A DNA stretch of 64,000 nucleotides from Longimicrobiales bacterium (GTDB lineage Bacteria; Gemmatimonadota; Gemmatimonadetes; Longimicrobiales; Gaopeijiaceae): NCBI GenBank assembly GCA_963664435.2, contig CAXXKM010000002.1, positions 864,001 through 928,000 on the forward strand, read 5' to 3'. A program made the translations under genes and the position numbers. Below, piece by piece: positions 29,230-38,991 of the stretch. The first letter of the stretch is position 1; each line of letters opens with the position of its first letter. The notes beneath the pieces are model-generated. The model saw only the letters and a list, made by a program, of their open reading frames with translations, ran no database searches and was not told the origin of the DNA.

Positions 29230-30105
29230 CTACCCCCTCCTCCAGAACGGCGCGATGAAGTGTCCCTTGCGCCCGGCCTTCACCAGGAACCAGACCCCGG
29301 TCCCCATCCCCAGCGCCAGCGCGAAGATCGACGCCTCCACCCCGAACTCCCCGCCCGAAAGCAGCGTGGGGCCGCTCAGCTGCGACTCCAGCAGGCCGTC
29401 CACCGTGATCCCCGACATGCGCACGCCGAAGATGCCGCCCTGGGTGAAGTTCCAGGCGAAGTGGATGCCGACCGCGAGCCAGAGCCGCCGGGTGAGGACG
29501 TAGGCGGCGCCCAGCAGCACACCGGCCTCCATGGCGATCGCGAACGAGCTGAACAGCGTCGCGTTGGGGTTCATTATGTGCGCGAACCCGAACAGCAGCG
29601 AGGTGAGCGCCAGGGCGATCCAGGTGCCCAGGCTCTCCTCGACGATCCGGAACAGCACCCCGCGGAAGAGGACCTCCTCCACGTACCCGGAGATGATGGC
29701 CATGGCGAACGCCGGCATAATCACGCTCACGGGGTTCGACCCGGTGACCTCGTAGTATCCCAGCACCGCGATGATGGTGATGCTCGCAGCCAGCAGGCCC
29801 GCACCGACCGCAATCCCGGCACCCGTCTCGCGCACCGCCCCCTTCCCGGCCAGCTCACTGGCCCGGCGCCGCTCCACCAGGCGCACGTAGCCGATGTATG
29901 CGAAGTGAACCGCAATCACCAGCGGGATGACGTACAGGAGGGTGTCCCTGCGCAGCGGGCCGGCGCGCAGACCGCCCAGCACGCCCCCGAGGACCGCCTG
30001 GACCACGACCGTGGCGGCCAGGATGGCCAGCGTTGCCAGAACGATCCGGGTGAGCCCGAACTGGAGGATGCGGTGACCCAGCGGATTGGAGATAGCTGAA
30101 ATCAC
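29230..30105 (-). CDS. CPBP/CAAX (Abi) intramembrane glutamic endopeptidase; native N-terminus displaced to 53111-53176 and replaced by element-derived MISAISNP
   Basis: EEVLFRG, FGFAH, H.AWN motifs and TM helices; attL lies at 30074-30083. Confidence 0.9.
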   Translation of the reverse strand: MISAISNPLGHRILQFGLTRIVLATLAILAATVVVQAVLGGVLGGLRAGPLRRDTLLYVIPLVIAVHFAYIGYVRLVERRRASELAGKGAVRETGAGIAVGAGLLAASITIIAVLGYYEVTGSNPVSVIMPAFAMAIISGYVEEVLFRGVLFRIVEESLGTWIALALTSLLFGFAHIMNPNATLFSSFAIAMEAGVLLGAAYVLTRRLWLAVGIHFAWNFTQGGIFGVRMSGITVDGLLESQLSGPTLLSGGEFGVEASIFALALGMGTGVWFLVKAGRKGHFIAPFWRRG

Positions 30106-30224
30106 GGCGGGAGATCGTCTAAAGTCATACGGGACTGCACGATCTGCGCTTTCCGTCGTTGAGCTTCATTCGAACGCGTCGTTCCCAATTGGCCGGATTC
30201 ACGGGGTCGATTTGCGGGAGTCCG
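30081..30224 (-). repeat. Element-end repeat, copy 4 (left end of element A)
   Basis: Reverse complement reads GGACTCCCGCAAATCGACCCCG...GCGCAGATCGTGCAGTCCC...GATCTCCCGCCGTGAT-N13-AATCCGC. Confidence 0.85.
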
Positions 30225-30278
30225 GCGGGTTGTTTCGACACCATCCAACGGCCTCTCGGGCGGGATACATGGTCGGCT

Positions 30279-33200
30279 TCAGAACACAAGATCGACTCCG
30301 AGTCTGAGGCCGAGGCCCTGGGGTTGTCCGGGCATGAGCGTTCGCGAGCCTTCGGCACCGATTCTGAGCGTCCGGTTGACGCGGTATCCGGTGCCGAGGA
30401 CCAACGAGCGGGCTTGTGCGCCGGTCGAGAGTCGCGTGTAGCCGTCGAGCGCGCCGCCCGTGCGCGAGTCCTTGAGGGCGTACCCGGCTTCGGCGTCGAG
30501 CCTCCATGGCCGCCCGTCGTGTCCCGCCGCCGGAGCCATGCCCTGGAACGTGCGTCCGTCCATGAGTCCGTGGATGCCGACTTGGTCATGCCCGTGGACG
30601 GGGCTGATCGCGAGCCTGAACCCTTCGCCGCGTGTACCGGGATCGAACGCGAGCCGGAGCGCGGCGCCCCATTCGCGGTGGCCCTCGGACCCGAGGGCGA
30701 GCCTGCCACGCAGGTCGAGGTCGAGTCCGCGGCCGGCATAGCCGATCGAGGCTCCGGTCTCGGCGCCACCGCCCGTGTCGGCGTCGCCCGCGTCGTAGCG
30801 GGCTCCGGCCTGGGTGGCGAGCTTAAGGCCACCGGCGGTCCATGACGCTTCGAGGAGCGCGCGTGCGCGCGATGCCGAGCCCTCGCGGTCGCCTTCTGCG
30901 GCGCGCATGCCGACGGTGAACGCGTCGCCGGTGAGCGCGAGGCCGAACGCGCCGCTCCGCGCGAGCGGCACCCTGACGCCGCCGGAGAGCATGCGGAGGG
31001 TGGCGCCGGAGTCGCCGCCCCGGTTCTCGTCGTGCACGTCCCCGCTTCCGTATCCGGCCATGGCCCAGAGCCCGATCCCCGGCGAGAGCCGGAGGAACAG
31101 GTAGGGGTGCACGCTGTTCATGGCGTGGCCGAGCGAGCCGTCCGCGGAGCGGCGCGCGTAGTCGAGTTCGCCGTCGCTGCGCATGAGGGACACGCCGATG
31201 AGTGCGGAGGATCCGATGCGTGCGTCGGCCCCGACGCTGAGCGCGCGAAGGCCGCCGTCGTATCTGGTGCCGGGCTCGCCGCGGAACGATTGTGCCGAGC
31301 CCTCGGCCCAGAGGCCGAACCGTGTCCGTGTTCCGGCCGCTTCCTGGCCGAGTCCGGTCGCGAACGAGACGCTCGGCAGCAGTCGCCGTGCGGCCTCGCG
31401 CGCGGTGGGGAGTTCGAGCGATTCGGAGCGGCGGGCCATGTCGGCGGGTGAGGACACGCCGAGCGGCAAGCCGGAGAGCGAGGCGAGGGTGCCGGCTGCG
31501 CGGCCCACCCATTCGGCCGCGGATCCGGGCGCGGCGGTGCCGGAGCCGCCCCGCTCCGGCCGCATGACGGCGTCGAAGCGTCCGCCGACCGCTTGCCGCG
31601 CGCCTTCGGCCACGGCGCGCCCGAACACGGCGAGCCCGACATCGAACGCCTCGTCGTGAAGCGCTCCGTCGTCGTGCGCCGCGATGTCGAGGGTGGCGGA
31701 CGCGACCGTTCCCGTGCTCACGGCCTCGGGCAGGGTGCCGAGCCCGAGCGCGAGGCGACCGGGCGCGGCCCCGGCCGGTATGTCGAGCGTGAGCGTGACG
31801 AGCGAATCTCCGGGCTCGAAGACGACCGGATCCGCGACGAGGAGAACACCGGCATCGGCGTCGAACGGCTCTTCGTCCATGCGCACCGCCGTGACGGGCA
31901 CGGCCACGAGCCGGTCGGCAGCCGGGCTGATCCTGAGCGTGATCCCGGTGCCGGGTCCGCCCGCGACCGCCGTGTACGCGGTCTCGACGTACTCGACCGC
32001 AAGCTCGGTCTTGGCATCGTCCCGGGCCACGGCCCGCGCGGCCCTGTCGCCGGCAGTGGCGGCGACGACGATCCGCGTGGTGGCAGGCACGCCGACGGCC
32101 ACCCCAGCGGGCAGGGTGCCGAACCCGACATCGAGGGTGTCCGACGCCGCGAGCCCCGCTACGCTCAGCGCGAGGGTGCTGGTGCCCGCTCCGGCCTGGA
32201 ACGTGACCGTGTGCGTGGCGTCGCCCGCCGCGACCTCGACGGCCAGTGCCGCCGTGGCGGCGGGAGAAAGGAGCACCTCGACATCGGCCGACCCTCCCGG
32301 CGCGGCCGTGTACTCGTCCGCGCCGAACGATACCACCGGCGTGGTCGCGCCGACCACCATGACCGGCGGGCTCTCGGCCCGCTTGCCCGGCCCGTGGCGG
32401 TCCGTGTAGGTGAACACCGCCCGCAGGTACCTGCCCTCGTCCGCTTCGGTCGGCGTGTAGGAGCGCATGTCCGCGCCCTGGACGACCATCGTCCACGCGG
32501 TCCCGTCCGGCGAGCGCTGCCAGGTCCGCATCTTGCCCCGCTCGATCGAGCGGTCCTGGTCCATCAGCGTCGCCGTGAGCCGCACGCCGACCCGGCCCAC
32601 CGCCGCGCTCAGCCTGATCGCGCCCGGATCGTCGTCGTTGGTCACGCGGATCGTGACCCCGGCCGTGTCGGCCAGCGTCCCGTCGCTCGCCTCGACGCTC
32701 ACGGCGTAGAGCGTGTCTCCGCTCTCGTAGTCCAGGGCCGCGCCGCCGGCCACCTTGATCAGCCCCGTGCCGGAGTCGATCTCGAACGGCAGGCCGGCGT
32801 CGGCGTTCACGAACGAGTAGGCCAGATCGTCGCCGTCGGCGTCGGTGGCCGCGATGGGAGCGCCCAAGGCGGTCCCGGCCGCCGAGTTCTCCGGCACCTC
32901 GCGCTCGTACAGCGCGGGGAACGACGGGGCCGCGTTCGCGGCCGCCACCCGCACGGCCGCGCTCTCGGCCCGCTTGTCCGGCCCGTGGCCGTCGGCGTAC
33001 CTGAACACGGCGCGCAGGTACTTGCCGAGGTCGGCCGCCTTCGGCGTGTAGGTCCGGGTGCGCGCGCCCGCGATGTTCGTCCACGCCGCGCCGTCCTCCG
33101 AACGCTGCCAGCGCCGGATCTTGCCCCGCTCGATCGACATGTCCTCGTCCATCAGCGTCGCGGTCAATCGCGCGCCGACCCGCGCCGTCTCGGGACTCAG

Positions 33201-34878
33201 CGCGATCCTGCCCGGATCGTCGGCGTTCGTCACCCGGATCGTCACCGGGACCGTGTCGGCAAGCTCGCCGTCGCTCGCCTCGACCGTCACCGTGAACACC
33301 GTGTCGGCGCTCTCGTAGTTCAGCTTCGCGTCCCCGTCCACCGTGATCTGGCCCGTCCCTTCGGCGATCTCGAACAGCGCCTCGTCCCCGCCCGCAACGA
33401 AGGCGTAATCGAGCGCGGTGCCGTCCGGGTCGCTCGCCGCCACGGGCTCGCCCACCGCCGTGCCGCCCGGCGAGTTCTCCGGCACCGCGCGCTCGTACTT
33501 CACGGGGAACGACGGCGCCGCGTTCGAGGAGGCCACCTCGACCGCCGCGCTCTCGGCCCGCTTGTCCGGCCCGTGGCCGTCGTCGTACGTGAACACCGCG
33601 CGCAGCAGCTTGCCCGCGTCGGCCGCCACCGGCGTGTAGGTCCGGGTCAGTGCCCGCGCGATGTCCGTCCACGTCACTCCACCGTCGTCCGAACGCTGCC
33701 ACTTGCGCCGGATGCTCGGGCGCAGCGAGCCGTCCTCGTCCATCAGCGTCGCGGTCATTTCGTCGCCCACGCGCGCGGTCCCGGGACTCAGCGCGATCTT
33801 GCCGGGATCGTCCGCATTCGTCACGCGGATCGTCACCGAAGCCGTGTCCGCAAGCGTCCCGTCGCTCGCCTCGACCGATACCGTGAACAGCGTGTCGGCG
33901 CTCTCGTAGTTCAGCACGGCGTCCTCGGCGACCGTGATCCCGCCCGTCGCCTCGGCGATCCAGAACGAGACCTCGTCTCCGCCGGACAGCAGGCGATACG
34001 CGAGATCGTCGCCGTCATCGTCGGTCGCCGCCACTGGCTCGCCGACCGCCGTGCCGGCCTCCGAGTTCTCCGCGACCTCGCGCTCGTAGGTGTCCGCGCC
34101 GAACGCCGGCGCGCGGTTGGCCGCCGCCGCCGTCGCACCCTCGCCCGACTCCGACCACGCGCCCGCGCCCTCCGAACTCTCCGCGCGCACCTGCACCTCG
34201 TAGGTGGTGCCCGCGTCGAGTCCCGCGATCGTGTGCGACAGCACCGCCTCCAGCGTCACCGCGTCCGACCACCCGGCATCGCCCCGCGCCCGGTACCGAA
34301 GATGGTAGGCCGTGATCTCCGGCCCCTCGTTCGCGGGTGCCCGCCACGTCGCCGACACCTCCGCGGTTTCTCCCGTCACCGCCGGCGCGTCCGGCCGGCC
34401 CGGCGCGGGAACGTCCGTCACGCGGATCAGCACCTTCGCGGTGTCCGCGAGCGCGCCCTCGCGCGCCTCGATCTTCACCGTGTGCGTCGAGACCCTCTCG
34501 TAGTCCAGCGCCGCGCCACCGGCCACCGTGATCTGGCCCGTCCCGCCGCCGATCTCGAATAGTGCCTCGGAGCCGCCGGGCACGAAGCTGTACGCCAGCG
34601 GCTCCGCGGGGCCGCCGCCGCCCGCCGCCACGGGCTCGCCCACCGCCGTGCCGGCCGCCGCGTTCTCCGCCACCTCGCGCTCGTAGCCGTCCGCGCCGAA
34701 CACGGGCACGAACGCCGTGGCGCCCCTGCCCGACTCCGACCACGCGCCCGCGCCCTCCGAACTCTCCGCCCGCACCCGCACCTCGTAGGCGGTGCCCGCC
34801 TCAAGCCCCGTGATCGTGTGATCGAGCGCCGACCCCGGGATCGCCGCGTCCGACCACGCGCCCTGACCCCGCGCCCGC
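30279..34878 (-). CDS. Adhesin/autotransporter-like protein (FN3, cadherin-like and Ig-like repeats, C-terminal beta-barrel); native 5' end lost, fused to an integrase N-terminus
   Basis: Two FN3-like units (TYEVQVRAESSEGAGAWS), four cadherin-like units (VAENS..GT.VG, LDYE/LNYE), three WQRS.DG...YTP...DGHGP units, C-terminal LGVDLVF; no signal peptide. Confidence 0.82.
32360..34120 (-). repeat. Three ~590-bp tandem coding repeats (cadherin + Ig-like unit)
   Basis: Repeated blocks such as CTCTCGGCCCGCTTG.CCGGCCCGTGGC and GTCCATCAGCGTCGC near 32370, 32960 and 33550. Confidence 0.85.
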
Positions 34879-35193
34879 CGCCGGGTCCTCTCGCCCTTCG
34901 TGGGCGTCACCTCTTCACCGTAGATTTCAAAAAGCCTTCCCAGCGTGAGCGGCTCGGGCTCGGCTTCGGCCTTGCCGTTGGGCTCGTACATCGCGAAGCC
35001 CGCGGCGGCCTCGTCGGCTTGCCGCTTCGCGCGAGCCCAATCGCGGTGTTTCAGCGACCGGCTCAGCCTGCGACCGTTCTCCCGCCACTCGATCTGAAGC
35101 AGGCCGGTCTTCGGATCTGGGAACACCCTCACCCGGTTCCGGCCCCACTCTCCGGCGCTGTAGCTGCGCCGACCTCGTTTCGTGCGTGCCATC
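34879..35193 (-). pseudogene. Truncated second integrase (N-terminal ~105 aa), belonging to element B
   Basis: MMARTKRGRRSYSAGEWGRNRVRVF...VTPTK is nearly identical to the integrase at 51850; catalytic domain absent. Confidence 0.92.
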
Positions 35194-35311
35194 ATTCGAT
35201 TCCTCCGAGTGATGGACTGCACGATCCGCCTATCGGAAAACTCGTTGGGAAGCGGCTTGTTCGCCAGTCGCGGATTGGCTCGCGCTTCGGGGGGCGGACT
35301 CACGGCGCGCT

Positions 35312-37333
35312 TCATATCCGCCCCTTCTCGCGGAGCCGCCAGTAGCCCGTCTCCCTCGGCAGGTAGTGGGGCTTCAGGTAGACGCGGCGGGCCGGAAGCG
35401 ATTTGACCCCGTCGTACGGAAGGCAGATCGCCTGGTAGTTGGCGAGGAGCCCGAACTCGCGCGGCGTGAACACCGGCTCCCTCTGCTGCCGGAACGACTT
35501 GCTCGCGCCGATGGTGCCCCGTCCCCCTCCGGCGCGGCCGGAGAGGAGCGAGAACTCGGGCCTGCCGGTGGTCTCGGTGAACGTGTAGGAGGGCTGCGTC
35601 TTCATGACGGAGCCGCACATCTCCGACGCGATCCGGGCCGACGCCTCGTCGGAGAGCGACAGGAAGATCCGGGTGCGGAGCGTCTGGACGAGCGTGCGCC
35701 ACGCCTCGCCCGAGGGCAGCACGGAGCGGAGCGAGGAGATCGACTGCGTCGCGACGATCGGGATGCAGCGGCACTGCCGGGTGAGTGCGAACGCCTTCTC
35801 GTCGCCCGAGGGGTCGTCCTGTCCGACGGTCGCAAACGCTTGATACTCATCACAGATGAACACGGCGGGCCGCATGTAGCGGCCGGGGCGGCGCGCGGCC
35901 TCGGCCGGACGCCGGAGCAGCGCCTGCATCCAGGCATTCTTGAGAAGCACGCCGATGGCGCGGGCAAGGGCGGGGTTCGCTCCGGCGGGCATGTTCAGGG
36001 CGAGCACCTTGCCTTCGTCGATCAGCTGCGCGAGTGGCGGCAGCCTCCGGCGCAAGCCCGGCACGGGATGGCTGTTGATACTGGTTTCGTTGTTCTCGGC
36101 GGACGGAGTCTCGGTGGGTGGCGGCGGACAGAAGACGCCCGCGACCTCCGGCAGGTCGAAGAGCGATAGGAACACGCTGATGCCCTCGACGATCGAGGTG
36201 CGGAGCTTGGCGTCGAGCTCCAACCAGTCCTTCCGATACCACCGCTCGATGGCCTCGACCTGTTCGGCGACCTCCCGGCCCGCGCCTCCGCCGGCCTCTT
36301 CGGTCTCGTAGGCGACGCCAAGTTCGTCGAGCCGCGATTCCAGCACCGGGTCGAGACGGCACGCCACGTTGCCGGTGCCGGGCACGCGCTCGCACGCCCA
36401 CTCCTCCAGCGCCTGCGGGTGGGCGATCATGTCCTCGTGCGAGATGACGGCGCGCTTCGGACGGAGCCGGTCCGCCAGCTCCCGCGCCTCGCCGATCCTC
36501 CGCCCCAGGAGTTCCGCGTCCACCGTGCAGCGGTAGATGTCCCGGAGCGTGACCCAGCCGCCCGGCAGGATGCGGTGGACCTCGATGATCCACCGCACGA
36601 GGTTCGTGTAGGCCTGTTGCCAGAACGGTTCCCCGCTCTTGCCGAAGAGCTGGTTGATGAGCGACGCGACACCGTAGGCCGCCGAGTAGGAGTCGAGCAG
36701 CGGGTCGTCGAGCGGGTTCCACTGCCACGAGCCGCCAAGCCCGATTTCGAGGTAGTCGTCGCCCCGCCCGGCATCGTCGAGGATGCTCCGAACCTGATGG
36801 CAGAAGTCTCCTTTGACTTCAAGCACGAGCGCGCCCGCGCGCTTGTGGGGATCGTCCGCGCGCCACGAGAGAAGCTGCTTGGCGAACGGGTACATGCAGG
36901 CCGTGGTCTTGCCGGTGCCGACGGCCCCGACCACGAGCACGCCGGTGTAGAGCCCCTTCTCGGGGACGACGAGCCACGAGGGCCGCTCGCTCTCTCTCGC
37001 AACGGTCGGATGGTGCATCTCGCCGATCACCAGCGATGGCGCTTCGTCGTTCGGCGAGGTGGGCCACTTGGGCAGCCTGCCCCTGCGCCGGAACCTGAAG
37101 AGGGGCTGCAACCAGACCCGCCAGACCGAGAGGACGAGCGCGCCCGCGAGGATGACCGCGACGCCGGGCGCCGCGTAGTACCAGATGCGGATGGCGGCGT
37201 GGATGCCCGGATCGTTGTAGGCGATCAGGTCGAGATAGGGGTTGTCGCCGATGGCGGGGAACGGCAGTTCGAGCGCGTGCGCGCCCGCCGTTCCGATGGC
37301 GGCACCGATGACGGCGACCGTCGAGTTCCTCAT
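35312..37333 (-). CDS. VirD4/TraD-like type IV coupling protein
   Basis: N-terminal TM segments, Walker A GAVGTGKT, LEVKGD, WNPL, FW, Walker B FICDEYQ, VATQSISSL; RBS before ATG 37333. Confidence 0.88.
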   Translation of the reverse strand: MRNSTVAVIGAAIGTAGAHALELPFPAIGDNPYLDLIAYNDPGIHAAIRIWYYAAPGVAVILAGALVLSVWRVWLQPLFRFRRRGRLPKWPTSPNDEAPSLVIGEMHHPTVARESERPSWLVVPEKGLYTGVLVVGAVGTGKTTACMYPFAKQLLSWRADDPHKRAGALVLEVKGDFCHQVRSILDDAGRGDDYLEIGLGGSWQWNPLDDPLLDSYSAAYGVASLINQLFGKSGEPFWQQAYTNLVRWIIEVHRILPGGWVTLRDIYRCTVDAELLGRRIGEARELADRLRPKRAVISHEDMIAHPQALEEWACERVPGTGNVACRLDPVLESRLDELGVAYETEEAGGGAGREVAEQVEAIERWYRKDWLELDAKLRTSIVEGISVFLSLFDLPEVAGVFCPPPPTETPSAENNETSINSHPVPGLRRRLPPLAQLIDEGKVLALNMPAGANPALARAIGVLLKNAWMQALLRRPAEAARRPGRYMRPAVFICDEYQAFATVGQDDPSGDEKAFALTRQCRCIPIVATQSISSLRSVLPSGEAWRTLVQTLRTRIFLSLSDEASARIASEMCGSVMKTQPSYTFTETTGRPEFSLLSGRAGGGRGTIGASKSFRQQREPVFTPREFGLLANYQAICLPYDGVKSLPARRVYLKPHYLPRETGYWRLREKGRI

Positions 37334-37364
37334 CGGTGGAACCCCCTTCCCGGAGGGATCGTTG

Positions 37365-37457
37365 GTACGGGAGCGACCCGGCGGGGAGGGCGGCATGGGC
37401 CTGCACATGCCGAACCGCCCCGATGCCGCACCAGGCATCCCAAAGGGCCGGGTCGCT
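37365..37457. repeat. Inverted-repeat target locus of the IS110 (left arm empty, right arm interrupted by the IS)
   Basis: ACGGGAGCGACCCGGC (37367-37382) is the reverse complement of GCCGGGTCGCT (37447-37457) + CCCGT (38812-38816). Confidence 0.88.
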
Positions 37458-37477
37458 TGTCTCTTCCATTCTTGGAG

Positions 37478-37705
37478 ATCCCTGCTTGATTTGCAGGTCC
37501 GGGTCACGGGGATGGCCCGGTGTGCTGGATGCCCGCAGAGGCGAGCGGAGCGAGCCGGAGCGGGCATCCAGCACAGACGGTGGTCGGGCCGTCGGGTCGC
37601 TGGCCGCAAGGGCCGTACGGGAGTTTGGTCGCCACCGTCTTTCCCACGTCCTGAATGGATACTTGAGCATCGAGGCTCGCACGACAAGCACAGGAGAAAG
37701 GGAAA
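37478..37705 (+). ncRNA. Predicted bridge RNA (5' hairpins, target-binding loop 37575-37640, donor-binding loop 37641-37704)
   Basis: Guides CGGGTCGCT (37593-37601), GTACGGGAG (37615-37623), ATGGATACT (37655-37663) and GACAAG (37683-37688) match the flanks and ends; closing stems AGACGGTGG/CCACCGTCT and TCCTG/CAGGA. Transcript ends are approximate. Confidence 0.88.
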
Positions 37706-37709
37706 GCAC

Positions 37710-38711
37710 ATGAGCACCAGCCGTCGCACCGTCGGGATCGACATCTCCAAGGACTGGCTCGACGCCTTCGCGGCGCCCGAGGGGAGAGCGTCCCGGTTCT
37801 CGAACGACAGGGCCGGCTTCCGGAAACTGATCGCTTGGATCGGCTCCGGGATCGACCGGATCGCGTACGAACCCTCCGGAGCCTTCCACCGCGACCTCGA
37901 GGACACCCTCCTGAAGGCCGGACTCCCCATGTATGCGATCAACCCCTTCCAAGTCCGGTCCTTCGCCCGGTCCCTCGGCCAGCGAGCCAAGACCGATGCC
38001 GTGGACGCCCGGATGCTGGCCATCATGGCGTCGGCCATCGAAGACCTACGCCCGGCGCAGGCGAAGTCCGAGGGGCAGCGCGACCTTGCCGAGCTCCAGC
38101 AGATCCGCGACGCGCTGCGCAAGGACCGGACCGCCACCTCCAACCGCGGCAGGCACTTGCGCACTCCCGTGGGCAAGCGGGTCACCAGGCAGAGGCTGAG
38201 GCAGATCGAGCGCCAGCTGAAGCTCATCGACGCAGAGATCCGGCAACGGGTGGAGGAGGAGAAGGCGCTGGAGCGCCGGGCCGAGATCCTGACCTCGATC
38301 CCGGGCATCTCGGACATCACCGCCGCGGGACTGATCGTCCACTTGCCGGAGCTCGGCACCCTCACCGGCCCCCGCGCCGCCAGCCTCGCCGGACTGGCCC
38401 CGGTCACCCGGGAGTCCGGACACTGGAAGGGACGCAGCTTCATCCAGGGCGGCAGGCGCCGGGTGCGCCAGTTGCTGTACATGCCCGCAGTGGCTGCGGT
38501 CCAGCACAATCCCGACCTCGGGCGCAAGTACGAAGCGCTCGTGGCTCGGGGCAAGCCGCCCAAGGTCGCCCTGACGGCCGTGATGCGGAAGCTCCTCATC
38601 CTCGCCAACGCCCTGGTGCAGCAGGACCGCACTTGGACGGCGCACCCGCCGCGGGAATACTCCTGCCCGGCCTTCCCGACGCCCAGCCCGGCGGGGAGCG
38701 TTCACGGATGA
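37710..38711 (+). CDS. IS110 family recombinase/transposase (333 aa)
   Basis: GIDISKD, YEPSG, AKTDAVDA (DEDD), SIPGI, GLAP..RESG, A.MRKL. Confidence 0.96.
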   Translation: MSTSRRTVGIDISKDWLDAFAAPEGRASRFSNDRAGFRKLIAWIGSGIDRIAYEPSGAFHRDLEDTLLKAGLPMYAINPFQVRSFARSLGQRAKTDAVDARMLAIMASAIEDLRPAQAKSEGQRDLAELQQIRDALRKDRTATSNRGRHLRTPVGKRVTRQRLRQIERQLKLIDAEIRQRVEEEKALERRAEILTSIPGISDITAAGLIVHLPELGTLTGPRAASLAGLAPVTRESGHWKGRSFIQGGRRRVRQLLYMPAVAAVQHNPDLGRKYEALVARGKPPKVALTAVMRKLLILANALVQQDRTWTAHPPREYSCPAFPTPSPAGSVHG

Positions 38712-38797
38712 TCGAGCCGGGCAAGAACGGGCACCGCAACGGAAGCATCGCGAGGGGCGCTGCGAGACACGTCGCTCCAAGAAAATCGGGCATCCGC

Positions 38798-38803
38798 TTG
38801 ACA
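38798..38803 (+). promoter_or_regulatory. -35 box TTGACA; forms a 17-bp-spaced promoter with CATTCT (37467-37472) only in the circular IS
   Basis: TTGACA + TGGATACT (8 nt) + TGTCTCTTC (9 nt) + CATTCT. Confidence 0.7.
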
Positions 38804-38991
38804 TGGATACTCCCGTCCACGGCCCGGAGAGGCGGATCGGCACCGGCAATCCGCAGGCCGTGGCCCAACCCCAAGCCGTTCGGCGACTTGCGGAACCCTC
38901 GTTCCGCACAACACGGCCGCATTTCGCTGCACAAGCACCCCGATGTCGTTTTCACACCTCCGGATCGGCAACGGGCTCCCCCGAACGGCAC

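Larger units (their letters stand above)
37456..38811 (+). mobile_element. IS110-family insertion sequence, CT core at both ends
   Basis: Cores at 37456-37457 and 38810-38811 defined by guide matches; ~250-nt structured left end; no terminal inverted repeats. Confidence 0.92.

Noticed and set aside
30823..34562. 959-aa and 989-aa Arg/Gly-rich ORFs
   Set aside because: Off-frame and antisense shadows of the GC-rich repetitive adhesin gene
35194..35774. First ~190 aa of the 1831-aa ORF 30279-35774
   Set aside because: Alternative-frame read-through over the T4CP 3' end; the real start is the int ATG at 35193 with its RBS
37334..38632. N-terminal extension of the 1106-aa ORF
   Set aside because: Antisense of the IS110; the T4CP starts at 37333
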